DNA of 49,757 bases from Rubrivivax sp. (GCA_037443345.1 JBBION010000001.1:1-49757); one strand, 5' to 3'. Positions 9,266 through 18,470 are shown, counted from the first letter of the stretch. Numbers and translations: made by a program. Notes: generated by a model not told the origin, from the sequence alone.

Positions 9266-11200
9266 GTGACGGCCACCTTTCCCCGACTGCTGCTCGACCA
9301 TGCCGCCAAGCGCCCGCAGGCGCCGGCGCTGCGCGAGAAGGTCTACGGCATCTGGCAGACGCTGAGCTGGGCCGACCTGGCCACCTTGGTGCGCCACCTG
9401 GCATGCGGCTTCGCGCAGGCCGGCATGGCGCGCGGCGACCACGTCGTCATCGTCGGCGAGAACCGCCCGCGCCTGTACGCGAGCATGCTCGCCGTGCAGT
9501 CGCTCGGCGCCGTGCCGGTGCCGCTGTACCAGGATGCGGTGGCCGCCGAGTTCGTCTACCCGATCCAGAACGCCGAGGTGGCGTTCGCCGTCGTCGAGGA
9601 CCAGGAGCAGGTCGACAAGATGCTCGAGATCCGCGCACAGTGCCCGCGGCTCGCGAACGTCTGGTATGACGAGCCGCGCGGCCTGCGCAATTACAGCGAG
9701 CCGGGGCTCGCGTCGCTCGACGTGCTGATCGCCGCCGGCGCCGAGCACGACAAGGACCACCCGCGCCTGTTCGACGACGAGGTCGCCAAGGCACAACCTC
9801 ACGACGTCGCGGCGATGTTCTTCACGTCGGGCACCACCGGCAACCCGAAGGGCGTCGTGCACACGCACTTCACGCTGCTCGACCGCGGCGCGGCGGGTGC
9901 GCGCTTCGACAAGCTGACCGACCAGGAAGAGGTGCTGGCCTACCTGCCGCCGGCGTGGATCGGGCAGAACATCTTCAGCTACGCGCAGTGGCTCGCGTGC
10001 GGCTACGTCGTCAACTGCCCCGAGTCGTCGGCCACGGTGATGATCGACCTCAAGGAGATCGGGCCGACGTACTACTTCGCGCCGCCGCGCGTGTTCGAGG
10101 GGCTGCTGACCAGCGTGATGATCCGCATGGAAGACGCCGGCGCGATCAAGCGCTGGCTGTTCCACCGGTACATGGACCTGGCGAAGCGCGTCGGCCCGGC
10201 GCTGACGGACGGCAAGCCTGTGGGCACGCTCGACAAGCTCAACTATGCGCTGGGCAACCTGCTCGTCTACGGGCCGCTGCGCAACACGCTGGGGCTGAAC
10301 CGCGTGCGCGTGGCCTACACCGCCGGCGAGGCGATCGGCCCCGACCTGTTCACGTTCTACCGCTCGATCGGCATCAACCTCAAGCAGCTCTACGGCTCGA
10401 CCGAGACCGCCGTGTTCGTCTGCCTGCAGCCCGACCACGAGGCCAAGGCCGACACGGTCGGCGTGCCGATCGAGGGCGTCGAGATCAGGCTGGCCGACAA
10501 CGGCGAGATCCTCGTGAAGTCGCCCGGCCTGCTGAAGGAGTACTACAAGAACCCGGCCGCCACCGCCGAGGTGCTGACGCCCGACGGCTGGTACCACACC
10601 GGCGACGCCGGCTTCCTCGACGCCGGCGGTCACCTGAAGATCATCGACCGCGCGAAGGATGTCGGCCGCATGGCCGACGGCTCGATGTTCGCGCCCAAGT
10701 ACCTCGAGAACAAGCTCAAGTTCTTCCCGCACATCAAGGAGGCGGTGGCCTTCGGCGACCGGCGCGACAAGGTCTGCGCCTTCGTCAACATCGACTTCGA
10801 GGCGGTGGGCAACTGGGCCGAGCGGCGCAACCTGCCGTACGCCGGCTACACCGACCTCGCCGGCAAGAAGGAGGTGCTCGAGCTGATCCGCGAGTGCGTC
10901 GAGAAGGTCAACGCCGACCTCGCCGCCGACGAGAAGCTCGCCGGCAGCCAGATCAGCCGCTTCCTCGTGCTGCACAAGGAACTCGACGCCGACGACGGCG
11001 AGCTCACGCGCACGCGCAAGGTGCGCCGCGGCTACATCGGCGACAAGTACCAGGGGCTCGTCGACGCGATGTACGGCGGCAAGAGCGAGCAGTACATCGA
11101 GACGCAGGTCAAGTTCGAGGACGGGCGCACCGGCAGCGTGTCGGCGACGCTGAAGATCGTCGATGCCAGGACCTTCCCGGCGATGAAGAGGGCCGCATGA
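9266..11200 (+). CDS. Long-chain acyl-CoA synthetase (AMP-binding, FadD/FAA1-like)
   Basis: GAGGAG RBS then GTG 9266; FTSGTTGNPKG, YGSTE, WYHTGDAG, IIDRAKD motifs. Confidence 0.93.
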   Translation: MTATFPRLLLDHAAKRPQAPALREKVYGIWQTLSWADLATLVRHLACGFAQAGMARGDHVVIVGENRPRLYASMLAVQSLGAVPVPLYQDAVAAEFVYPIQNAEVAFAVVEDQEQVDKMLEIRAQCPRLANVWYDEPRGLRNYSEPGLASLDVLIAAGAEHDKDHPRLFDDEVAKAQPHDVAAMFFTSGTTGNPKGVVHTHFTLLDRGAAGARFDKLTDQEEVLAYLPPAWIGQNIFSYAQWLACGYVVNCPESSATVMIDLKEIGPTYYFAPPRVFEGLLTSVMIRMEDAGAIKRWLFHRYMDLAKRVGPALTDGKPVGTLDKLNYALGNLLVYGPLRNTLGLNRVRVAYTAGEAIGPDLFTFYRSIGINLKQLYGSTETAVFVCLQPDHEAKADTVGVPIEGVEIRLADNGEILVKSPGLLKEYYKNPAATAEVLTPDGWYHTGDAGFLDAGGHLKIIDRAKDVGRMADGSMFAPKYLENKLKFFPHIKEAVAFGDRRDKVCAFVNIDFEAVGNWAERRNLPYAGYTDLAGKKEVLELIRECVEKVNADLAADEKLAGSQISRFLVLHKELDADDGELTRTRKVRRGYIGDKYQGLVDAMYGGKSEQYIETQVKFEDGRTGSVSATLKIVDARTFPAMKRAA

Positions 11201-12039
11201 ACACCGTCGCCGAACCGATCGCCCCGGCTGCCGCGCAGGCCGAGCCCGCCGGCGCGCGCCGCCGCCGCCAGGGCGACGTGATCCTCGAAGTGAAGAACAT
11301 CAGCCTGCGCTTCGGCGGCGTCAAGGCGCTGACCGACATCAGTTTCGACGTGCGCGAGCACGAAGTGCGGGCCATCATCGGCCCCAACGGCGCCGGCAAG
11401 AGCTCGATGCTCAACTGCATCAACGGCGTCTACACGCCGCAGGAGGGCTCGATCACGTTCCGCGGCCAGACGTTCAGCCACATGAACTCGCGCCAGGTTG
11501 CCGAGATGGGCGTCGCGCGAACGTTCCAGAACCTGGCCCTGTTCAAGGGCATGAGCGTGCTCGACAACATCATGACGGGCCGCAACCTGCGCATGAAGAC
11601 CAACATCTTCCAGCAGGCCCTCCGCTGGGGCGCGGCCGAGCGCGAGGAGGTCGAGCACCGCGAGTTCGTCGAGAAGATCATCGACTTCCTCGAGATCCAG
11701 GCCTACCGCAAGACGCCGGTCGGCCGCCTGCCCTACGGCCTGCAGAAGCGCGTCGACCTCGGCCGCGCGCTCGCGATGGAGCCGCAGGTGCTGCTGCTCG
11801 ACGAGCCGATGGCCGGCATGAACGTCGAGGAGAAGCAGGACATGAGCCGCTTCATCCTCGACGTCAACGACGAGTACGGCACGACGATCGTGCTGATCGA
11901 GCACGACATGGGCGTCGTGATGGACATCAGCGACCGCGTCGTCGTGCTCGACTACGGCAAGAAGATCGGCGACGGCACGCCCGACGAGGTGCGCGCCAAC
12001 CCCGACGTCATCTCGGCCTACCTCGGAACCTCGCACTGA
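11197..12039 (+). CDS. Liv-type ABC transporter ATP-binding protein (LivG-like)
   Basis: ATGA overlap; GPNGAGKSS, ARTFQNLALF, LPYGLQKRV, LLLDEPMAG, IEHDM. Confidence 0.94.
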   Translation: MNTVAEPIAPAAAQAEPAGARRRRQGDVILEVKNISLRFGGVKALTDISFDVREHEVRAIIGPNGAGKSSMLNCINGVYTPQEGSITFRGQTFSHMNSRQVAEMGVARTFQNLALFKGMSVLDNIMTGRNLRMKTNIFQQALRWGAAEREEVEHREFVEKIIDFLEIQAYRKTPVGRLPYGLQKRVDLGRALAMEPQVLLLDEPMAGMNVEEKQDMSRFILDVNDEYGTTIVLIEHDMGVVMDISDRVVVLDYGKKIGDGTPDEVRANPDVISAYLGTSH

Positions 12040-12062
12040 CATGACCCCGACGCAACGGCGCA

Positions 12063-12150
12063 CGACGAGCGGCCGCCGCGGCACCGGATTGGCCGGGCCG
12101 CTGGCGGCGCCCCCCTGGGGGAGAGGCGCCGCACGCGCATCGGGGGGGAG
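12063..12150 (-). repeat. Dispersed palindromic repeat family A, copy 2
   Basis: Reverse complement CCCCCCCGATGCGCGTGCGGCGCCTCTCCCCCAGGGGGGCGCCGCCAGCGGCCCGGCCAATCCGGTGCCGCGGCGGCCGCTCG. Confidence 0.88.
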
Positions 12151-12159
12151 ACGATAGCC

Positions 12160-13089
12160 ATGGGTTTTTTCCTCGAGGCGCTCATCGGCGGCCTGATGAC
12201 GGGCATGCTGTACTCGCTGATCGCGCTCGGCTTCGTGCTGATCTTCAAGGCCTCGGGCGTGTTCAACTTCGCGCAGGGCGCGATGGTGCTGTTCGCGGCG
12301 CTGGCGATGGCGCGCTTCTCGGAGTGGTTCCCGCACTGGGGCGGCTTCGACAGCAAGGTGCTCGCCAACGTGCTCGCGTTCGTCGCCGCGATGGCGCTGA
12401 TGGTCGTCGTCGCCTGGCTGATCGAGCGCCTCGCGCTGTCGAGGCTCGTGAACCAGGAAGGCATCACGCTGCTGATGGCCACGCTGGGCATCACCTACTT
12501 CCTCGACGGCTTCGGGCAGACCCTGTTCGGCAGCGACATCTACAAGATCGACGTCGGCCTGCCGAAGGATCCGATCTTCCTGCTCGAGAGCGTGTTCGAG
12601 GGCGGCGTGCTCGTCAACAAGGAGGATCTCTACGCCGCCGCGATCGCCGCCGCACTCGTGATCGGGCTGTCGATGTTCTTTCAGTACACGTCGACCGGCC
12701 GCGCGCTGCGCGCGGTGGCCGACGACCACCAGGCCGCGCAGTCGATCGGCATCCCGCTCAACCGCATCTGGGTCATCGTCTGGAGCGTCGCCGGCTTTGT
12801 CGCGCTGGTGGCCGGGATCATCTGGGGCTCCAAGCTCGGCGTGCAGTTCTCGCTCAGCTTGGTGGCACTGAAGGCGCTGCCGGTCGTGATCCTCGGCGGG
12901 TTGACCAGCGTGCCGGGCGCGATCATCGGCGGCCTGATCATCGGCGTCGGCGAGAAGCTGGCCGAGATCTACATCGGCTCGAAGATCGGCGGCGGCATCG
13001 AGATCTGGTTCGGCTACGTGCTCGTGCTGTTCGTGCTGCTCGTGCGGCCGCAGGGGCTGTTCGGCGAGAAGATCATCGACCGAGTGTGA
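12160..13089 (+). CDS. Liv-type ABC permease (LivH-like)
   Basis: YSLIALGFVLIFKASGVFNFAQG, GRALRAVADD, RPQGLFG. Confidence 0.94.
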   Translation: MGFFLEALIGGLMTGMLYSLIALGFVLIFKASGVFNFAQGAMVLFAALAMARFSEWFPHWGGFDSKVLANVLAFVAAMALMVVVAWLIERLALSRLVNQEGITLLMATLGITYFLDGFGQTLFGSDIYKIDVGLPKDPIFLLESVFEGGVLVNKEDLYAAAIAAALVIGLSMFFQYTSTGRALRAVADDHQAAQSIGIPLNRIWVIVWSVAGFVALVAGIIWGSKLGVQFSLSLVALKALPVVILGGLTSVPGAIIGGLIIGVGEKLAEIYIGSKIGGGIEIWFGYVLVLFVLLVRPQGLFGEKIIDRV

Positions 13090-13111
13090 CGCCGTGACCG
13101 CGATGGTGTTT

Positions 13112-13197
13112 CGATCCAGGTTCATGCGCGGATCCGGCTTCGCCGGCCCGCTGCATGCGCCCCCCCGGGGGGCAGCGACTGCAGGGAGCGTGGGGGC
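13112..13197 (-). repeat. Dispersed palindromic repeat family A, copy 3 (diverged, with compensatory changes)
   Basis: Reverse complement GCCCCCACGCTCCCTGCAGTCGCTGCCCCCCGGGGGGGCGCATGCAGCGGGCCGGCGAAGCCGGATCCGCGCATG. Confidence 0.82.
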
Positions 13198-14274
13198 ATG
13201 ATTTACCGCGAGAACGGCCAGTTCAAGACCAGCTACCCGGCCGACCAGCAGATCTTTCCGATCGCGCAGGACCGCATCGCGATCGGGCTGCTGATCGCGT
13301 TCGCCGTCGTCGGCGTGCCGCTGCTGGCCGACGAGTACCTGTTCCGCGCGATCCTGATCCCGTTCCTGATCCTGTCGCTCGCGGCGCTGGGGCTGAACAT
13401 CCTCGTCGGCTACTGCGGCCAGATCTCGCTGGGCACCGGCGCGTTCATGGCGGTGGGCGCCTACGCGGCGTACAACTTCGTGATCCGCGTCGAGGGCATG
13501 CCGACGATCGTCGCGATCCTGCTCGGCGGCGCGTGCGCCACCTTCGTCGGCGTGCTGTTCGGCATCCCGAGCCTGCGCATCAAGGGCCTGTACCTCGCGG
13601 TGGCGACGCTCGCAGCGCAGTTCTTCTGGGACTGGGCGTTCCTGCGCATCGGCTGGTTCACGGACTACTCGGCGTCGGGGGCGGTGGGCGTGCGCAACCT
13701 GGCGGCGTTCGGCATCCCGATCGACACGCCGACGGAGAAGTACCTGCTGTGCCTGGGCTTCCTGGTCGTGTTCGCGCTGATCGCGAAGAACCTCGTGCGC
13801 AGCCACATCGGCCGCGAGTGGATGGCGATCCGCGACATGGACGTCGCCGCGTCGGTGATCGGCATCCGCCCGGTCTACGCGAAGCTGACGGCGTTCGCGG
13901 TCAGCTCGTTCATGGTCGGCGTCGCCGGCGCGCTGTGGGGCTTCGTGCACCTCGGCTCGTGGGAGCCGGCGGCGTTCTCGATCGACCGCTCGTTCCAACT
14001 GCTGTTCATGATCATCATCGGCGGGCTGGGCTCGATCATGGGCAGCTTCTTCGGCGCCGCGTTCATCGTGGTCCTGCCGATCTTCCTGAACCAGGCGCTG
14101 CCGGCGCTCGGCTCGCTGTTCGGCGTGACGATCAACACCGCGGCCGTGGCGCACACCGAGTTCATGATCTTCGGCGCGCTGATCGTGTTCTTCCTGATCG
14201 TCGAGCCGCACGGGCTGGCGCGGCTGTGGTCGATCGGCAAGGAAAAGCTGCGACTGTGGCCGTTCCCGCATTGA
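13198..14274 (+). CDS. Liv-type ABC permease (LivM-like)
   Basis: LGLNILVGYCGQISLG, LRIKGLYLAVATLA, GREWMAIRD, IIGGLGS. Confidence 0.94.
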   Translation: MIYRENGQFKTSYPADQQIFPIAQDRIAIGLLIAFAVVGVPLLADEYLFRAILIPFLILSLAALGLNILVGYCGQISLGTGAFMAVGAYAAYNFVIRVEGMPTIVAILLGGACATFVGVLFGIPSLRIKGLYLAVATLAAQFFWDWAFLRIGWFTDYSASGAVGVRNLAAFGIPIDTPTEKYLLCLGFLVVFALIAKNLVRSHIGREWMAIRDMDVAASVIGIRPVYAKLTAFAVSSFMVGVAGALWGFVHLGSWEPAAFSIDRSFQLLFMIIIGGLGSIMGSFFGAAFIVVLPIFLNQALPALGSLFGVTINTAAVAHTEFMIFGALIVFFLIVEPHGLARLWSIGKEKLRLWPFPH

Positions 14275-14353
14275 GTTCGCGATTCGCCGCCGCGAGGCGG
14301 CACCCCTGCACTGACGAGTGCGACCCGTTGTTCCAAACCCTCTGGAGGCAGAC

Positions 14354-15685
14354 ATGAACCTGAAGTCCCTAGCCGTCGCGACCACCCTCATGGCTGCCGG
14401 GCTCGGCAGCATCGCGACCGGCGCCTACGCCCAGGCGCAGGAGCAGTTCTTCCCGGTGCTGGTGTACCGCACCGGCGCCTACGCGCCCAACGGCGTGCCG
14501 TTCGCCAACGGCTACGTCGACTACCTCAAGCTCGTCAACGCCAAGGGCGGCATCAACGGCGTGCGCATCACGTGGGAGGAGTGCGAGACCGGCTACGCGA
14601 CCGACCGCGGCGTCGAGTGCTACGAGCGGCTCAAGGGCAAGGGCGGCGGCGCCACCCTGTTCCAGCCGCTGTCCACCGGCATCACGTTCGCGCTGACCGA
14701 GAAGGCGCCCGTCGACAAGATCCCGCTGATCACCGCCGGCTACGGCCGCAGCGACAGCGCCGACGGCAACGTGTTCAAGTGGAACTTCATCCTCACCGGC
14801 ACCTACTGGGACGCCGCCGACATCCTCGTGCAGCACATCGCGAAGAAGGAAGGCGGCTTCGACAAGCTGCGTGGCAAGAAGATCGCCCTCGTCTACCACG
14901 ACAGCCCGTTCGGCAAGGAGCCGATCCCGATGCTGCAGGAGCGGCAGAAGATGCACGGCTTCGAGCTGCAGCTGCTGCCGGTCACGCACCCCGGCGTCGA
15001 GCAGAAGGCGACCTGGCTGCAGATCCGCCAGAGCCGTCCCGACTACGTGTTCCTGTGGGGCTGGGGCGTGATGAACTCGACCGCGCTGAAGGAGGCGCAG
15101 GCCACCGGCTACCCGCGCGAGAAGATGTATGGCGTGTGGTGGGCCGGCGCCGAACCCGACGTGAAGGACGTCGGCGAGGGTGCCAAGGGCTACAACGCGC
15201 TCGCGCTGCAGCACGGCGCCGAGCCGAACGCCAAGGTCGTCAAGGACATCCTCTCGCTGGTGCACGGCAAGGGCCAGGGCACCGGCCCGCGCGACGAGGT
15301 CGGCCAGGTGCTGTACATGCGCGGGCTGGTGGCCGCGATGCTCGGTGTCGAAGGCGTCAAGCGCGCGCAGGAGCGCTTCGGCAAGGGCAAGCGCATGACC
15401 GGCGAGCAGGTGCGCTGGGGCCTCGAGAACCTCGCGCTCGACCAGGCCAAGCTCGACGCGCTCGGCTTCGCCGGCGTGCTGCGCCCGATCAGCACCTCGT
15501 GCGCCGACCACCGCGGCGCCAACTGGGCGCGCATCCACACCTGGGACGGCAGCAAGTGGAACTTCACGAGCGACTGGTACCAGAGCGACGACTCGATCAT
15601 CAGGCCGATGGTCCGGGCGTCGGCCGACAAGTACGCGGCCGAGAAGAAGATCGAGCGCAGGACGCCCGCCGACTGCCAGTCGTGA
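14354..15685 (+). CDS. ABC substrate-binding protein (LivJ/K-like fold)
   Basis: GGAGG RBS, ATG 14354, signal peptide ending AYA-Q, GGINGV, YHDSPFGKE. Confidence 0.92.
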   Translation: MNLKSLAVATTLMAAGLGSIATGAYAQAQEQFFPVLVYRTGAYAPNGVPFANGYVDYLKLVNAKGGINGVRITWEECETGYATDRGVECYERLKGKGGGATLFQPLSTGITFALTEKAPVDKIPLITAGYGRSDSADGNVFKWNFILTGTYWDAADILVQHIAKKEGGFDKLRGKKIALVYHDSPFGKEPIPMLQERQKMHGFELQLLPVTHPGVEQKATWLQIRQSRPDYVFLWGWGVMNSTALKEAQATGYPREKMYGVWWAGAEPDVKDVGEGAKGYNALALQHGAEPNAKVVKDILSLVHGKGQGTGPRDEVGQVLYMRGLVAAMLGVEGVKRAQERFGKGKRMTGEQVRWGLENLALDQAKLDALGFAGVLRPISTSCADHRGANWARIHTWDGSKWNFTSDWYQSDDSIIRPMVRASADKYAAEKKIERRTPADCQS

Positions 15686-15745
15686 TCGGCTGCGCCGGTC
15701 ACGCTGGCAGTCGCTGACTGCCTTCGTCACGGCTCCCCGCCCCTT

Positions 15746-15860
15746 CCCCTCCCTCCATGAGGGAGGGGTTCCGGGCCCCTCCCCTGGCCCCGCCCCCGTG
15801 GGGAGGGGACTGACGGCAGGGGGACTCGTCCGAACGCCGCGTGCGGCGCTCGGACGAGTC
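15746..15860. repeat. Cluster of three strong hairpins (REP-like) between the SBP and LivF-like genes
   Basis: CCCCTCCCTC-cat-GAGGGAGGGG (15746-15768), CCCCTCCCC...GGGGAGGGG (15776-15808), GACTCGTCCGA...TCGGACGAGTC (15823-15860). Confidence 0.75.
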
Positions 15861-15871
15861 GAAAGGCGCTT

Positions 15872-16687
15872 ATGAGCACACCACGACAGATCGTCCTGAA
15901 CGTCAACGGCATCGAGGTCATCTACAACCACGTGATCCTCGTGCTCAAGGGCGTGTCGCTGCAGGTGCCCGAGGGCGGCATCGTCGCGCTGCTTGGCGGG
16001 AACGGCGCGGGCAAGACGACGACGCTGCGCGCGGTCAGCAACCTGCTCGCCGGCGAGCGCGGCGAGGTCACGAAGGGCTCGATCGAGTACAAGGGCGAGC
16101 GCATCGAGAAGATGACGCCGGCCGAGATGGTCGAGCGCGGCGTGATCCAGGTGATGGAAGGCCGTCACTGCTTCGCGCACCTGACGATCGAGGACAACCT
16201 GATGACCGGCGCCTACACGCGCCGCGACGGCAAGGCGGCGGTGGCGCAGACGCTGGAGAAGGTCTACACCTATTTCCCGCGCCTGAAGCAGCGGCGCACC
16301 TCGCAGGCGGCCTACACGTCGGGCGGCGAGCAGCAGATGTGCGCGATCGGCCGCGCGCTGATGGCCAACCCGAAGATGGTGCTGCTCGACGAGCCGTCGA
16401 TGGGGCTGGCGCCGCAGATCGTCGAGGAGGTGTTCGAGATCGTGCGCGACCTCAACACGAAGGAGCGCGTCACGTTCCTGCTCGCCGAGCAGAACACCAA
16501 CATGGCGCTGCGTTACGCCGACTACGGCTACATCCTCGAAAACGGCCGCATCGTGATGGACGGCGAGGCCAAGGCGCTGCGCGAGAACGAGGACGTCAAG
16601 GAGTTCTACCTCGGCATGGGCGGCGGCGACCGCAAGAGCTTCCGCGACGCCAAGTCGTACAAGCGCCGCAAGCGGTGGTTGTCATGA
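15872..16687 (+). CDS. Liv-type ABC transporter ATP-binding protein (LivF-like)
   Basis: GGNGAGKTT, SGGEQQMCAIGRALM, LLDEPSMGLAP, AEQN. Confidence 0.94.
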   Translation: MSTPRQIVLNVNGIEVIYNHVILVLKGVSLQVPEGGIVALLGGNGAGKTTTLRAVSNLLAGERGEVTKGSIEYKGERIEKMTPAEMVERGVIQVMEGRHCFAHLTIEDNLMTGAYTRRDGKAAVAQTLEKVYTYFPRLKQRRTSQAAYTSGGEQQMCAIGRALMANPKMVLLDEPSMGLAPQIVEEVFEIVRDLNTKERVTFLLAEQNTNMALRYADYGYILENGRIVMDGEAKALRENEDVKEFYLGMGGGDRKSFRDAKSYKRRKRWLS

Positions 16688-16689
16688 AC

Positions 16690-16776
16690 ACCCCCGAAGC
16701 GGCCTGCGGCCGCCTCCCCCTCGAGGGGGCGCCGCCAGCGGACCGGCAGAGCCGGATCCGCGGCGGCCGCTCGACG
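16690..16776 (+). repeat. Dispersed palindromic repeat family A, copy 4
   Basis: CCCCCGAAGCGGCCTGCGGCCGCCTCCCCCTCGAGGGGGCGCCGCCAGCGGACCGGCAGAGCCGGATCCGCGGCGGCCGCTCG. Confidence 0.9.
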
Positions 16777-16801
16777 TGTCGCGCGGATTCGGAGCTCCCT
16801 C

Positions 16802-17098
16802 GTGGATGACTTCGGCTTCGCGCCGCCGCCGTTCAAGCCCGACGACGCGCTCGCCGGGCTGAAGCGCAGTCTGCGCGAGCTGGGTCTCGCCGAGCGCGAG
16901 GGGCACTTCGAGCGGCGTGGCGTCGCGATCGCCAAGGTGGCCGTCGACGGCGGCGCGATCGCCGCGGCCGTCGTCAGGCGGCCGTCGCGCCTGAGCCCCG
17001 AGTGGCTGGCGAAGACGCTGACCTCGGGCGCGGACGTGCGCGACTTCCTGGCCCACTTGAAGAAGCAGATCGCCTCCTGGAGCGACCGCGATGACTGA
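16802..17098 (+). CDS. Hypothetical protein (98 aa)
   Basis: Typical codon usage, GGAG upstream, overlaps the next start by 8 nt. Confidence 0.7.
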   Translation: MDDFGFAPPPFKPDDALAGLKRSLRELGLAEREGHFERRGVAIAKVAVDGGAIAAAVVRRPSRLSPEWLAKTLTSGADVRDFLAHLKKQIASWSDRDD

Positions 17099-18356
17099 GT
17101 TCTACGACGCGCTCGAGACGCGCGACCCCTGCGCGCGCGAATCGGCGCTGCTGGCGGCGCTGCCGGCGCAGATCGCCCGCGCGAAGACGACGGCGGCCTT
17201 CGGTGAGATTCTGCGCGGCGTCGACGCGCAGTCCGTCGCGTCGCGCGCTGCGCTCGCGGCCCTGCCGGTCACGCGCAAGGGCGAGCTGCTCGCACGCCAG
17301 AAGGCCGCGCGCGAGGCCGGCGGCGACCCGTTCGGCGGCTTCGCGGCGATCGGCTGGGCCGCGCTCGGCCACGCCCGCACCGCGCGGCGGGTGTTCCAGT
17401 CGCCGGGGCCGCTCTACGAGCCCGAGGGCGACGCGCGCGACTACTGGCGATTCGGCCGGGCGCTGTTCGCCGCGGGCTTTCGCGCCGGCGACCTCGTGCA
17501 CAACAGCTTCAGCTACCACCTGACCCCCGCCGGCTCGATGATGGAGACCGGCGCGCACGCGATCGGCTGCGCCGTGTTCCCGGGCGGCATCGGCAACACC
17601 GAGCTGCAGCTGCAGGCGATGGGGGAGCTCAAGCCGCAAGCCTACGCCGGCACGCCGAGCTTCCTGCGCATCGCGCTCGAGAAGGCCGACGAGCTCGGCA
17701 TTCGGCTGCCGAGCTTGACGAAGGCCTCGGTCGGCGGCGAGGCGTTCCCGCCCGCGCTGCGCGATGCGCTGCGCGCGCGCGGCATCGAGGCCTACCAGAG
17801 CTACGGCACCGCCGACGTCGGGCTGGTCGCCTACGAGACCGCGGCGCGCGAGGGTCTGGTGCTCGACGAAAGCGTGCTCGTCGAGATCGTGCGCCCCGGC
17901 ACCGGCGAGCCGGTGACCGACGGCGAGGTCGGCGAAGTCGTCGTCACGGTGCTGAACCCCGATTACCCGCTGATCCGCTTCGGCACCGGCGACCTGTCGG
18001 CCGTGATGCCGGGCCCCTGCCCCACCGGGCGAACGAACCGCCGCATCAAGGGCTGGATGGGCCGCGCCGACCAGACGGCCAAGGTGCGCGGCATGTTCGT
18101 GCACCCGAGCCAGGTCGCCGAGATCGTGCGCCGCCATCCCGAGATCGGCCGCGCGCGGCTCGTCATCGAGGGCGAGATGGCCAACGACCGCATGACACTG
18201 AGGGCCGAGGTGGCCGCCGGCGCCGACGGGCTGGGCACGGCGGTCGCCGCGACGATCCGCGACGTGACGAAGCTGCGCGGCGAGGTCACCCTCGTCGCAC
18301 CCGGCAGCCTGCCCAACGACGGCAAGGTGATCGAGGACGCACGCAAGTACGACTGA
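17091..18356 (+). CDS. Phenylacetate-CoA ligase (PaaK)-like AMP-binding protein with a degenerate P-loop
   Basis: LPVTRK, GTPSF, GGEA, YGTADVG, YPLIRFGTGDLS, GRADQTAKVRG; FQSPGPLYEP replaces SSGTTG. Confidence 0.85.
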   Translation: MTEFYDALETRDPCARESALLAALPAQIARAKTTAAFGEILRGVDAQSVASRAALAALPVTRKGELLARQKAAREAGGDPFGGFAAIGWAALGHARTARRVFQSPGPLYEPEGDARDYWRFGRALFAAGFRAGDLVHNSFSYHLTPAGSMMETGAHAIGCAVFPGGIGNTELQLQAMGELKPQAYAGTPSFLRIALEKADELGIRLPSLTKASVGGEAFPPALRDALRARGIEAYQSYGTADVGLVAYETAAREGLVLDESVLVEIVRPGTGEPVTDGEVGEVVVTVLNPDYPLIRFGTGDLSAVMPGPCPTGRTNRRIKGWMGRADQTAKVRGMFVHPSQVAEIVRRHPEIGRARLVIEGEMANDRMTLRAEVAAGADGLGTAVAATIRDVTKLRGEVTLVAPGSLPNDGKVIEDARKYD

Positions 18357-18470
18357 CCCTGGCGCGCGGCGCTCCCCGGGCGTGCCGTGGACTACGTAGT
18401 TCCCGCGACGCGCGGCGGTGCCCCGCGTCGCTAGCATCGGGGGGTTTCGACCGCCACAGGAGTCCCTGCC

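Noticed and set aside
11032-14412. Very long antisense and off-frame ORFs (1126 aa here; also 16974-19817, 9179-10975, 32207-34138 and others)
   Set aside because: Shadow ORFs of real genes caused by high GC3 codon bias; Arg/Ala/Pro-rich, with no recognisable motifs.
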